Below are positions 1 through 8,022 of a stretch of DNA of 35,077 nucleotides, piece after piece. The first letter of the stretch is position 1; every line of letters starts with the position of its first letter. The DNA is from a virus (Duplodnaviria; Caudoviricetes): the IMG/VR virus record IMGVR_UViG_3300017754_004223, positions 1 through 35,077 of that record. The stretch is one strand, 5' to 3'. The translations under genes and the position numbers were made by a program. The notes beneath the pieces are model-generated. The model saw nothing but the letters and a program-made list of their open reading frames with translations. It ran no database searches and was not told where the DNA came from.

Positions 1-14
1 ATTATTACGGAAAT

Positions 15-39
15 AAACCCCTTTAAAGAGGGGTTTTTT
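15..39 (+). terminator. Rho-independent terminator
   Basis: AAACCCCT-ttaaag-AGGGGTTT stem followed by a T-tract. Confidence 0.8.
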
Positions 40-57
40 GTTTTTCTTCCTTTATGT

Positions 58-126
58 GTGGGGCCGGATACCGCGGACCCCGACTTCGTCGGAAAAATCG
101 ACCGACCGAACCCTTCGGGTTTTTTT
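58..126 (+). other. GC-rich intergenic multi-hairpin element ending in a terminator-like hairpin
   Basis: GGGG(60-63)/CCCC(78-81), CCGAC-ttc-GTCGG (80-92), AACCC-ttc-GGGTT (109-121) plus T-tract; GC far above the surroundings. Confidence 0.5.
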
Positions 127-143
127 ATGATCTATATTATAAC

Positions 144-190
144 TTACTTAGTGGTCTCTTCAGAAAAAGGTGTCCATCGATATATTTATA
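144..190 (+). repeat. 47-bp upstream region, copy 1 (ends in TATTTATA)
   Basis: Gapless manual alignment with 2238-2284 gives 36/47 identities. Confidence 0.75.
183..190 (+). promoter_or_regulatory. TATTTATA putative phage (late) promoter motif
   Basis: 15 nt before ATG 206; the same motif precedes about 20 genes in a strand-specific way. Confidence 0.65.
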
Positions 191-205
191 ATAAAATAGT
201 TTAAT

Positions 206-541
206 ATGAAAAAAATTATAAGACTTACAGAATCAGATTTAGCTCGTATCGTTAAACGAGTGATTAAAGAAAACGAAGATGAGGATGAAAATCTTTGGGA
301 TGTTGACAATTATAACCGTTTTGTTGACGACGTTAAAGACGAAATATCATTTGTTATTCAAAATGTTAAATTGGCAAAAGATTGTGAAGACCTCAAACGT
401 TCAAAAACGGCGTTAGAAAAGTTAGAAAATATGATAATGACGTACGGTAAGAATGAATTAACTGATGGTGAAGTGGAACATTATTCCGAAGTAATCGAAT
501 TTTATTATGAAATGATTAATAGTAAGTTAGAAGAATGTTAA
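206..541 (+). CDS. Leader-family protein, acidic helical payload
   Basis: MKKIIRLTESDLARIVKRVIKE N-terminus, then an E/D-rich domain. Confidence 0.85.
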   Translation: MKKIIRLTESDLARIVKRVIKENEDEDENLWDVDNYNRFVDDVKDEISFVIQNVKLAKDCEDLKRSKTALEKLENMIMTYGKNELTDGEVEHYSEVIEFYYEMINSKLEEC

Positions 542-577
542 AAAACCCCCAATAATATTTATTAATAAAATGTAACG

Positions 578-931
578 ATGAAAAAAATTATTAGATTAAC
601 AGAAAGAGATTTGACAAGACTTGTTAAACGTGTTATAAACGAAATGGATGAAAAAGAATATCGTGTTGTTATGATGCCCAAAGACATTTACGATAAATCG
701 CCATCGGTTGAAAGTGACACAATAAGTGAGTTTTCAGAAGAAACGGATGAAAAAACTTTTGAACATAAAGGATCCGCTTTAAGACATGCTGAAGGAATGT
801 ATGAAGAAAATCCTGATGAATCAATAATACTTATTATTGTTGATAATAATAATGAACCTTATGGTTCGGTACCTGGTATATTAGGGGGGTCTATGACACG
901 TCGTTTTACAGGTTTCCATAGAGGTTATTAA
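578..931 (+). CDS. Leader-family protein, unknown payload
   Basis: MKKIIRLTERDLTRLVKRVINE; TATTTATT at 556-563. Confidence 0.85.
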   Translation: MKKIIRLTERDLTRLVKRVINEMDEKEYRVVMMPKDIYDKSPSVESDTISEFSEETDEKTFEHKGSALRHAEGMYEENPDESIILIIVDNNNEPYGSVPGILGGSMTRRFTGFHRGY

Positions 932-962
932 AAATAAAATATTTAGAAAAAATCGTTAGATT

Positions 963-990
963 AACCCCACCTAATCAGTGGGGTTTTTTT
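963..990 (+). terminator. Rho-independent terminator (CCCCAC family)
   Basis: AACCCCAC-ctaatca-GTGGGGTT plus T-tract. Confidence 0.85.
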
Positions 991-1014
991 GTTTTCCAAT
1001 GTATTTATTCTTAT

Positions 1015-1344
1015 ATGAAATATATTATCTCTGAAAATCAAATTTATATTATTAGAAGATTACAACAATTTATTGATATTGTTGAAGATCAGATAGATGG
1101 TTATGAAAAAAATCAAAACAATTCTTGGTGGTGTAAAAATAGTAGCCCAGATTATTTTTATGATAATGTTAGAGATAGATCAATTGATGAGTTCATTACT
1201 CGAAATTGGGATTTTTTTCACAACACCTCAAATGAGGAGAAATCCAATTTGAATATAAATATTTTATATGACATTGTTAAAGACAACTATGGTAACTACA
1301 TAAAAAATCTATTTGTTCGTAAATGTGGAAAATCTCGGTTTTAA
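1015..1344 (+). CDS. Short-leader protein with 'RRL' paralog domain
   Basis: MKYIISENQ start; resembles ORFs 3186, 4738 (N-terminus) and 10122; TATTTATT at 1002-1009. Confidence 0.8.
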   Translation: MKYIISENQIYIIRRLQQFIDIVEDQIDGYEKNQNNSWWCKNSSPDYFYDNVRDRSIDEFITRNWDFFHNTSNEEKSNLNINILYDIVKDNYGNYIKNLFVRKCGKSRF

Positions 1345-1378
1345 AAAATCAAAGTATTTATTTATAAACAAGTATATT

Positions 1379-1729
1379 ATGAAACAATTTATAATCTCAG
1401 AAGAAGAAAGATCAAGGATCTTAAATATGCATGGAAATGCAACCAAAAGAAATTATTTAAATGAAAGGGTTATGGATCCTACAGATGATTGTGATCGGTA
1501 TTATGGTGAAATGGAATATATTTTTTCGGATTATGAAAAAATCATAGAAAACAATTTAGATTTGAATAAAAAAGAACGTTTGAAATTATATGATGAATTT
1601 GAATCTGAAATTGGGGGTATTTTAGATGAAGTTTATGAAAACAATTGTCCTAATTATGAAAAATATGAAGAGTTATACGATGAGTATTTGTACGAAATGG
1701 TTGAGATTTTAGAAATAGATAATTTATAA
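1379..1729 (+). CDS. Leader-variant protein with acidic payload (start re-called from 1313 to 1379)
   Basis: MKQFIISEEERSRILNMH...YLNE; TATTTATA at 1359-1366 supports ATG 1379. Confidence 0.8.
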   Translation: MKQFIISEEERSRILNMHGNATKRNYLNERVMDPTDDCDRYYGEMEYIFSDYEKIIENNLDLNKKERLKLYDEFESEIGGILDEVYENNCPNYEKYEELYDEYLYEMVEILEIDNL

Positions 1730-1758
1730 TAAATTTTGAAAAAACAAAATTAAATTTG

Positions 1759-1784
1759 ACCCCACCTCATCAGTGGGGTTTTTT
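1759..1784 (+). terminator. Rho-independent terminator (CCCCAC family)
   Basis: ACCCCAC-ctcatca-GTGGGGT plus T-tract; the loop differs by one base from 963-990. Confidence 0.85.
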
Positions 1785-1807
1785 GATTTATAAAGTATTT
1801 ATTAAGT

Positions 1808-2221
1808 ATGAAAAAAGTAGTTAAACTAAATGAAAATGATTTAAGAAAAATTGTTAAAAGAGTTATTTTTGAAATGAACAATAATTTTAATCAAAAAATG
1901 TCATCTAAAGATTGGGAACAAGTTTGGTTTAAATTAAGAAGAATGTCTACTAGTTTTGCATTTCCCGATTTTAAAAATTATTTTTTTAGTTTTGGTGGTT
2001 TAGATTTTCACTATAATGAAGATGACGGATCATTGATATTACACCCCATGTTTAGAGATCCATATTTTTGGAGAGATGAGTACGATAAGGGAGCTGAGGT
2101 TTTAGAAAAGTATGCAAATAAAATAGGAAATTTTATTGATCAATCTAATCTTGGTTTGAAATTTGAGATGGGTCCAAGATTTGACATGAGAATTTATAAA
2201 GATGAAAATAATAATTTCTGA
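1808..2221 (+). CDS. Leader-family protein, unknown payload
   Basis: MKKVVKLNENDLRKIVKRVIFE; TATTTATT at 1796-1803. Confidence 0.85.
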   Translation: MKKVVKLNENDLRKIVKRVIFEMNNNFNQKMSSKDWEQVWFKLRRMSTSFAFPDFKNYFFSFGGLDFHYNEDDGSLILHPMFRDPYFWRDEYDKGAEVLEKYANKIGNFIDQSNLGLKFEMGPRFDMRIYKDENNNF

Positions 2222-2237
2222 AAACCAATTTAGTTAT

Positions 2238-2284
2238 TTACTTAGCAATCTCTTTAAAAAAACGGGTCAAATGGTATATTTATA
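2238..2284 (+). repeat. 47-bp upstream region, copy 2
   Basis: Aligns with 144-190; ends in TATTTATA (2277-2284). Confidence 0.75.
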
Positions 2285-2313
2285 AAGAAAACATAATAAA
2301 AAATTAATTAAAA

Positions 2314-2973
2314 ATGAAAAAAATTGTAAGATTAACGGAAAATGATTTGGCTCGTATTGTTGGACGGGTAATCAGTGAATCTTATGAAGAGGTTGATTTG
2401 AGTTATGAAAATCCTCAAACAGGAGAACAAGGTATCATAAAAGTTGCAAAAAATAAATTTACAAAATCTTCGGCAAATAGATATCTTGGTGTTTTACTTG
2501 TTGAAGATGGTATGGGTGGATATATGGTTAGAGCCCAAATTCCAGCGTTTGGTAAAACTCCTGAAAGAGTAAAAGAAATCATTTGTAATAATTTAAAAAG
2601 AACATACGAGATACTTGACGATATGTTATATAAATCCCCTGAATTTGATATTACGGAAAATTTCAATATAGGAGATAAATATGAAATTTTTGATGGACCT
2701 ATTGTTTGTGGATCAAATCTATACGAATCAAAAAAAGATAAATATTCAAAAAGAGAAATATTATCTATGTCAAAAGATGAACTAAAGGATGTTTATGGTG
2801 ATTTGGAAATCAAAGGAGAATATCTTGGGAAAAGAGGAACATTCCATCATTTTAAAAAAACATCACTTGGAGATGTTGTTTGTAGTTTTTCAACTGATGA
2901 TTTAACACCCTCAGGATTAAAAAGGAGAACTCAAGCAATCAAAGTTAAACGAGATGATGTAAAGTTTGATTAA
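2314..2973 (+). CDS. Leader-family protein, probably two modules
   Basis: MKKIVRLTENDLARIVGRVISE; internal 'NLYESKK' precedes a basic C-terminal module. Confidence 0.85.
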   Translation: MKKIVRLTENDLARIVGRVISESYEEVDLSYENPQTGEQGIIKVAKNKFTKSSANRYLGVLLVEDGMGGYMVRAQIPAFGKTPERVKEIICNNLKRTYEILDDMLYKSPEFDITENFNIGDKYEIFDGPIVCGSNLYESKKDKYSKREILSMSKDELKDVYGDLEIKGEYLGKRGTFHHFKKTSLGDVVCSFSTDDLTPSGLKRRTQAIKVKRDDVKFD

Positions 2974-2984
2974 TTTTAAAGATA

Positions 2985-3182
2985 ATGAAAAAATCAGTTT
3001 TCAGAACAATTGTAAGAAATTTAATAAATGAATCATTAGATAATGATGGTTTTGAAAAAATAATTGAGATCTATCAGTTATACAAAAAAGGTGAGGTTGA
3101 CAAAAGAACTTTTTATTCTTTTTTGGGGTCTTTGACAAGAGAAGAAAAAGAAAAATTATTGGATTACATAAAAAATAATTAA
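2985..3182 (+). CDS. Small leader-variant protein
   Basis: MKKSVFRTIVRNLINE. Confidence 0.75.
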   Translation: MKKSVFRTIVRNLINESLDNDGFEKIIEIYQLYKKGEVDKRTFYSFLGSLTREEKEKLLDYIKNN

Positions 3183-3185
3183 AAA

Positions 3186-3542
3186 ATGAAATTTATAATT
3201 TCCAAAAATCAATTGTTTGGTATTTTTTCTGAATCAAAAAATAAAATGATTAATGAAAATCGTTTTTTAATCAGAAGAGGCTTCGCCAATGTTATGACTC
3301 CTGAATATTTGTTACCTTTAACAAGAAAAAATTGTTTCAATAAAAATCCTGAAGATTATTATGGTGAATTTGATTTTGTGGATGCGGTTGTTGAGGAATC
3401 GGTAGACAATATACTTGATGAAAAAATGATAAGCCCAAGTCAAGATGATTACTATGACGTTTTTAATCTTCTTTTTTACCACATAAAAGATATATGTGAA
3501 GTCAGCATAATAAGATTTTATAAAAATTATATGGAAAATTAA
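3186..3542 (+). CDS. Short-leader protein with 'RRL' paralog domain
   Basis: MKFIISKNQL...MINE followed by FLIRR. Confidence 0.8.
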   Translation: MKFIISKNQLFGIFSESKNKMINENRFLIRRGFANVMTPEYLLPLTRKNCFNKNPEDYYGEFDFVDAVVEESVDNILDEKMISPSQDDYYDVFNLLFYHIKDICEVSIIRFYKNYMEN

Positions 3543-3575
3543 AAATAAATTGATATTTATAATAAAATAAAAACT

Positions 3576-4067
3576 ATGAAAAAAATTATTAGATTGACAG
3601 AAAGTCAGTTGACAAATCTTATAAGAAAAATAATTTCAGAAAAAAAAGATTCTGAAGAAGATAATGAACCAACAATGAGAGGTAGGTTTTTTGATGATGA
3701 ATTTTCAGATTACGATGATAAAGATGAAGATGAACTTTCTATGAGAGGTAGATTTTTTGATGATGACGATGATTATTCTGATGATGATGACGATGATTAT
3801 TCTGATGAAGATGACGATGATTATTCTGATGAAGATGACGATGACCTAATTGCATTTGATGACGATGATTATTCTGATGACGACGATGATGATTATTCTG
3901 ATGACGACGATGACGATGACGACGATGATGATTATTCTGATGACGATGATGACTTAATTGCATTTGATGACTATTCTGATGAAGATGACGACGATTACTC
4001 TGATGACTATTCTGATGAAGATGACGACGATTACTCTGATGATGACGATGATGATTACGAATTTTAA
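3576..4067 (+). CDS. Leader-family protein with an extremely Asp-rich repeat payload
   Basis: MKKIIRLTESQLTNLIRKIISE; (D)nYS repeats; TATTTATA at 3554-3561. Confidence 0.85.
   Translation: MKKIIRLTESQLTNLIRKIISEKKDSEEDNEPTMRGRFFDDEFSDYDDKDEDELSMRGRFFDDDDDYSDDDDDDYSDEDDDDYSDEDDDDLIAFDDDDYSDDDDDDYSDDDDDDDDDDDYSDDDDDLIAFDDYSDEDDDDYSDDYSDEDDDDYSDDDDDDYEF
3675..4058 (+). repeat. Coding tandem repeats (GAY)n-TAY-TCT with duplicated MRGRFFDD and DLIAFDD blocks
   Basis: Directly visible; ATGAGAGGTAG at 3675 and 3741. Confidence 0.9.
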
Positions 4068-4081
4068 TTTTTTTTAGTGTT

Positions 4082-4510
4082 ATGGAAAAATTGAATTTTA
4101 ATGAGATGTTAAACAAGTGTTGGGAAACCGCTCTTGGTATGACAAAAATGGCAAAACTTTATCAAGGGTCATCTCCTCATGATTTAAGTTTCATTCATTG
4201 TATTTTTAGAGGTAACGATGAGTATGCAACAATTATGGTTAATTGTACTTGTGAAGGAAAAATAAGTGTCCAAACAGTTGATAGTCCTTATTTAGATGAT
4301 TTGGTTATCCATCCACCACTTCAAATGACACAAGAAGAATCTGAAAAATGTTTGATCAATGCTGGATACACTGGTCGTTGGTCTGTTGTGTTGTTAAGAG
4401 CGCCACTTTATTCAGTAGTATATCCACCACTATATATTTATACCGTGGATAATGTCGGTTATATTGCAGTGGATTCAACAAACGGAGAAAACGTTTTTGA
4501 ACTTTACTGA
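4082..4510 (+). CDS. Hypothetical protein (no leader)
   Basis: 142-aa ORF with globular composition. Confidence 0.75.
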   Translation: MEKLNFNEMLNKCWETALGMTKMAKLYQGSSPHDLSFIHCIFRGNDEYATIMVNCTCEGKISVQTVDSPYLDDLVIHPPLQMTQEESEKCLINAGYTGRWSVVLLRAPLYSVVYPPLYIYTVDNVGYIAVDSTNGENVFELY

Positions 4511-4552
4511 TCAAATCATTGTTTTTATTAAATAAATTTATATAATTTATTT

Positions 4553-4717
4553 ATGAGAAAACTTTCTATAATAATATCTGCTATTGTCACAATAATATTA
4601 GCACTTATTATGCTACCACCCTTTGTTTTTTACCTTCTTGGTTGTTATCAACTTGGCTCATGGATAGGATCCTATGTTTATAAATTATTAGATGATTCTG
4701 AACAAGAACAACTTTGA
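4553..4717 (+). CDS. Small membrane protein, 54 aa (not in ORF track)
   Basis: Manual translation MRKLSIIISAIVTIILALIMLPPFVFYLLGCYQLGSWIGSYVYKLLDDSEQEQL; fills the intergenic gap. Confidence 0.65.
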   Translation: MRKLSIIISAIVTIILALIMLPPFVFYLLGCYQLGSWIGSYVYKLLDDSEQEQL

Positions 4718-4737
4718 TTTAACAAGTATTTATTAAT

Positions 4738-5865
4738 GTGAAAAAAACTATTAAAGAAATCAAGTATCCTTATCCTTTTTTACGTAGATTGTCAGAAATA
4801 TCTTCTTTGATTGATCCTACAATGGAATCAAGTTATATTTTTTTACAAGGACAAAATCCCTATAGACCTTTAGAACGAAGTAATTTTTCAGCATTTCAGA
4901 TGGTTGTATCAAACAAAATTGTAAACACAATTCTAAATCAGGATGTTTTTAGAGGCGATGATAAAATAATTTTAAGAAACCAATTGTTGAGATTTATTGA
5001 AAACGAATATTATACTGAAATGAGAAACTTTTTTTTTAATAAAATAAAAAACAATATAAATGAAAATGAAAATTTGAATGAATATGGGTTTACTGAAGAT
5101 GAAATGAAAAAAATAGAAGAATATGTTATCGACTCAGTTAAAGAACATTACAAGTGGTTAAAAAAACAAGTAGAAGACGCTAAAGAGGAGTGGGATTGGT
5201 TAAAAACCAAACTGTCTTTGAAACACTTATCACAACAAGAACAGGATATGATTAAAAAACAATTCATTGACCCAAAATTAAAAACCTTTGAAAGAAATAA
5301 ACACGAACTTGATAATTTTAATTTTGAACAAAGAGTTAAAGACGGAATTAAAAATGATATATATGGTGGAGCGTATTCTATGTCTTATAAAATAAGATAT
5401 GACAAATGGAAAAAAGACGCTCTTACTAGAAATTTATCTAAACAAGATATCATAGATTTATTTGTCACTGCTCTTGAAGGTGGATCCAACTATTGGTATT
5501 TAATGGATTTACCAGATAATATAAAATCATATGGAGATTATACGTCTGAAGCCGTTGGTGAGTATATTTTACAAGGAGGGTATATTGAATTTTATGACGT
5601 TGAAGAATATAGGGAAGTACAAAGAAATTTTAGAAATGGTTATTATGACATCTCCGGTGATTTGAAAAATGAAAAAGAATACCAAGAAGATTTAGAAAAA
5701 ACAAAACTTGGTTACGTAGATATGGATAAGATATTAGATACAATACCAGTATTGAAAAAAAATTACCCTAAAATATGGGAAAATATTTTGTTAGAAAATG
5801 CCGACGCTGGAGACGCTGACGTATTTCTTCAATTATGTGTAATGGGTGACGTGGTATTTGGATAA
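4738..5865 (+). CDS. Multi-module protein with N-terminal 'RRL' domain
   Basis: GTG start 3 nt after TATTTATT (4727-4734); linker INENENLNE. Confidence 0.85.
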   Translation: MKKTIKEIKYPYPFLRRLSEISSLIDPTMESSYIFLQGQNPYRPLERSNFSAFQMVVSNKIVNTILNQDVFRGDDKIILRNQLLRFIENEYYTEMRNFFFNKIKNNINENENLNEYGFTEDEMKKIEEYVIDSVKEHYKWLKKQVEDAKEEWDWLKTKLSLKHLSQQEQDMIKKQFIDPKLKTFERNKHELDNFNFEQRVKDGIKNDIYGGAYSMSYKIRYDKWKKDALTRNLSKQDIIDLFVTALEGGSNYWYLMDLPDNIKSYGDYTSEAVGEYILQGGYIEFYDVEEYREVQRNFRNGYYDISGDLKNEKEYQEDLEKTKLGYVDMDKILDTIPVLKKNYPKIWENILLENADAGDADVFLQLCVMGDVVFG

Positions 5866-5889
5866 AAAAATAAATTTTATATTATAACA

Positions 5890-6390
5890 ATGAGTAGACA
5901 ACAATATCAACCAAAAACAAGTGAATTTGAAAAATTTTCAGATTCTGTATTAAAAAAGGTTATAATTATTGCAAGAAAACTTTACAGTTCTTCACAGACA
6001 GATTACAGATACCTTGAAGAAATCTATAATTCAAAACAAACTTTACTAATTTTTAAAACTTTCAGAATTTCAGGAAATGAACAAGATTATGGTTTTTTAT
6101 ATTCTCTGCTGAATCAAAACGATGTACCTTATTCAGAATTATCTGATTTAGAGATTACAAGACCTAAAATGGAAAAATACAAAGTTTATGCAAAAGTAGA
6201 AGAAACTCAATATGTTACAGAATATTGGGATCAAGACATAAACTCATATTTCTTTCCGACCGTAAATGATATGGCAGTTTTAGAACGTCATGAAGCATTT
6301 GATATTTTTGAAGGTTTTATGAATGACAGAGAAATAAATGACAGTGATTATACTGATCACGAAATAAGTGACATTCAAAAAATAAGATAA
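5890..6390 (+). CDS. Hypothetical protein
   Basis: 166-aa ORF in operon position. Confidence 0.8.
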   Translation: MSRQQYQPKTSEFEKFSDSVLKKVIIIARKLYSSSQTDYRYLEEIYNSKQTLLIFKTFRISGNEQDYGFLYSLLNQNDVPYSELSDLEITRPKMEKYKVYAKVEETQYVTEYWDQDINSYFFPTVNDMAVLERHEAFDIFEGFMNDREINDSDYTDHEISDIQKIR

Positions 6391-6433
6391 CTTTTTTTTA
6401 TTTAATATATTTATATAATAAAGTAATAATATT

Positions 6434-7075
6434 ATGAAAAAAATTGTAAGATTAACTGAAAGAGATTTAGAAATTATTGTAAGAAGGGTAATCAATGAGG
6501 CTGAGGTAAAAAAAGAAGAACCAAAAAAAGAAAATACCAAAATGGAACTTCCAAAAAATATTATTATTGGAGATTCACAATGTCCTTGGATTGCTAAAAA
6601 AAGTAAAAAGTTCGATCTAATTTCAAAAGAAGGAGGTATGAAATCCCTTTGGATGAACGGAAAAGGTCTATCATGGTTAAAAGGTGCTATTGAATCTCAT
6701 TCAGGGTCTAAAAACGTAAAAAATATTGCAATATGTATTGGGACTAACGGAGGGTTCAACGCAAAAGACGACATCAGAGGACTTATTGTTTCTATAAGAG
6801 ACAAATTCCCTAACGCTAAATTATTTGCTATTCAAGGATCTTGGGGATGGGGAGGAAACAAAAACAAAACAGATAAGGACATAAAAGATTATTATTCTAA
6901 ATTCACAGATAACAGGGTAAAAGTTATTGAACCTGCTATTGGAAAAAATGAACCTCATCAAGATTTGTTGTCTTATTCTAAAATTGCAATAAATTTAGAT
7001 AATAACCCTTTATTGAAAGAAGGTTATTTTCGTGGAATTTATGAATCTGAAACAAGTAAAAAAAAAGCGAGATAA
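6434..7075 (+). CDS. Leader-family protein with SGNH/GDSL hydrolase-like domain
   Basis: Leader MKKIVRLTERDLEIIVRRVINE; IIIGDSQ (block I), ICIGTNG (block III), EPH (possible block V His). Confidence 0.7.
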   Translation: MKKIVRLTERDLEIIVRRVINEAEVKKEEPKKENTKMELPKNIIIGDSQCPWIAKKSKKFDLISKEGGMKSLWMNGKGLSWLKGAIESHSGSKNVKNIAICIGTNGGFNAKDDIRGLIVSIRDKFPNAKLFAIQGSWGWGGNKNKTDKDIKDYYSKFTDNRVKVIEPAIGKNEPHQDLLSYSKIAINLDNNPLLKEGYFRGIYESETSKKKAR

Positions 7076-7257
7076 TTTCGGTTTTTAGAGAAATTGAAGA
7101 TTTAATTACTGATTTTGGATATACTGATCAAGAACTAAAAAGATTGTCTCAAGAAGAACTTTTGGAACTTTTAGAAGATTTAATGTATGAAGTAAAAAAT
7201 TTAAAACAAAAAAAATATATGAATTTTTTACACCAACAAGCTATAGATCTAATATAA
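7060..7257 (+). other. Open -1 frame that continues ORF 6434 past an A9 run (possible frameshift extension)
   Basis: 65 open codons (KKSEIISVFREIEDLITDFGYTDQELKRLSQEELLELLEDLMYEV...) with no early ATG. Confidence 0.55.
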
Positions 7258-7292
7258 ATCAATTTTACATAATATTTATTAAATAAAAAAAT

Positions 7293-7940
7293 ATGAAAAG
7301 AGTTATAAGATTAACAGAATCAGATTTAACTAATTTAATTAGAAGAATAATTAAAGAAAACGAGAAAGAATGGGTTGATAATTCTATGGAAATAGAGGAC
7401 GAAGCTGATTTAGATAAGTTAGAAAAAGAAGATATTAGAAAAATATTTAGAACGTTGAGAAAAGATGAAATTGCGTTGTTAGTTCATGCTTATGAAATGT
7501 ACGGAGATAGATTGGCAAGAGTTGTAAATAATATGGAACAATCAAATGTTATGTTTGAAAATCATAACAGGTCTTTTATGGCTAAACTTAGAAAACTTGT
7601 TAAAAAAATTAAAGATAATGCTATAGATATCGGTATGGTTGTAGGACCTACAACTTCACTTGTTGGTATTGCAAGTGCATTAGGTCTTGGATCTGACTCC
7701 AACATTCCTGGATTAATGGGTGTAGGTGGTATGATTTTGATGTTAGCAACACTTGGATATGCTGATTATAAAGATTATAAAGATTTTACCAATAAAAATG
7801 ATGATCTGACTACAAGAGGTCTTGAAAAAATGAAAGATACGAGACCTATGGGTGGAAAAACAATAGTTGATCCTGTGACTGGAGAAATTCAACCACTAAC
7901 TAAAAACTTAAGACGTAATAGAGATTTAAACAATATGTAA
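7293..7940 (+). CDS. Leader-family protein with a Gly-rich hydrophobic hairpin
   Basis: MKRVIRLTESDLTNLIRRIIKE; IGMVVGPTTSLVGIASALGLG and LMGVGGMILMLATLGY. Confidence 0.85.
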   Translation: MKRVIRLTESDLTNLIRRIIKENEKEWVDNSMEIEDEADLDKLEKEDIRKIFRTLRKDEIALLVHAYEMYGDRLARVVNNMEQSNVMFENHNRSFMAKLRKLVKKIKDNAIDIGMVVGPTTSLVGIASALGLGSDSNIPGLMGVGGMILMLATLGYADYKDYKDFTNKNDDLTTRGLEKMKDTRPMGGKTIVDPVTGEIQPLTKNLRRNRDLNNM

Positions 7941-7961
7941 TAAAATAAATTTGTTCATTTT

Positions 7962-7995
7962 AAAACCCCTAATTGATTTAAATTGGGGGTTTTTT
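7962..7995 (+). terminator. Rho-independent terminator
   Basis: AAAACCCCTAATT-gattta-AATTGGGGGTTTT plus T-tract. Confidence 0.8.
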
Positions 7996-8022
7996 ATTTT
8001 ATAAAGTATTTATCATTATAAT

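Noticed and set aside
58-126. tRNA gene
   Set aside because: No cloverleaf, T-loop GTTC motif or CCA end
206-280. Leader as a Sec, Tat or lipoprotein signal peptide
   Set aside because: No hydrophobic core, twin-Arg consensus or lipobox; it is charged and amphipathic
3759-4058. Repeats as a CRISPR array
   Set aside because: Codon-phased low-complexity repeats with no unique spacers; no cas genes
3739-4116. His/Arg/Gln/Asn-repeat ORF on the minus strand
   Set aside because: Antisense shadow of the GAT/GAC repeats in the leader-bearing poly-Asp gene
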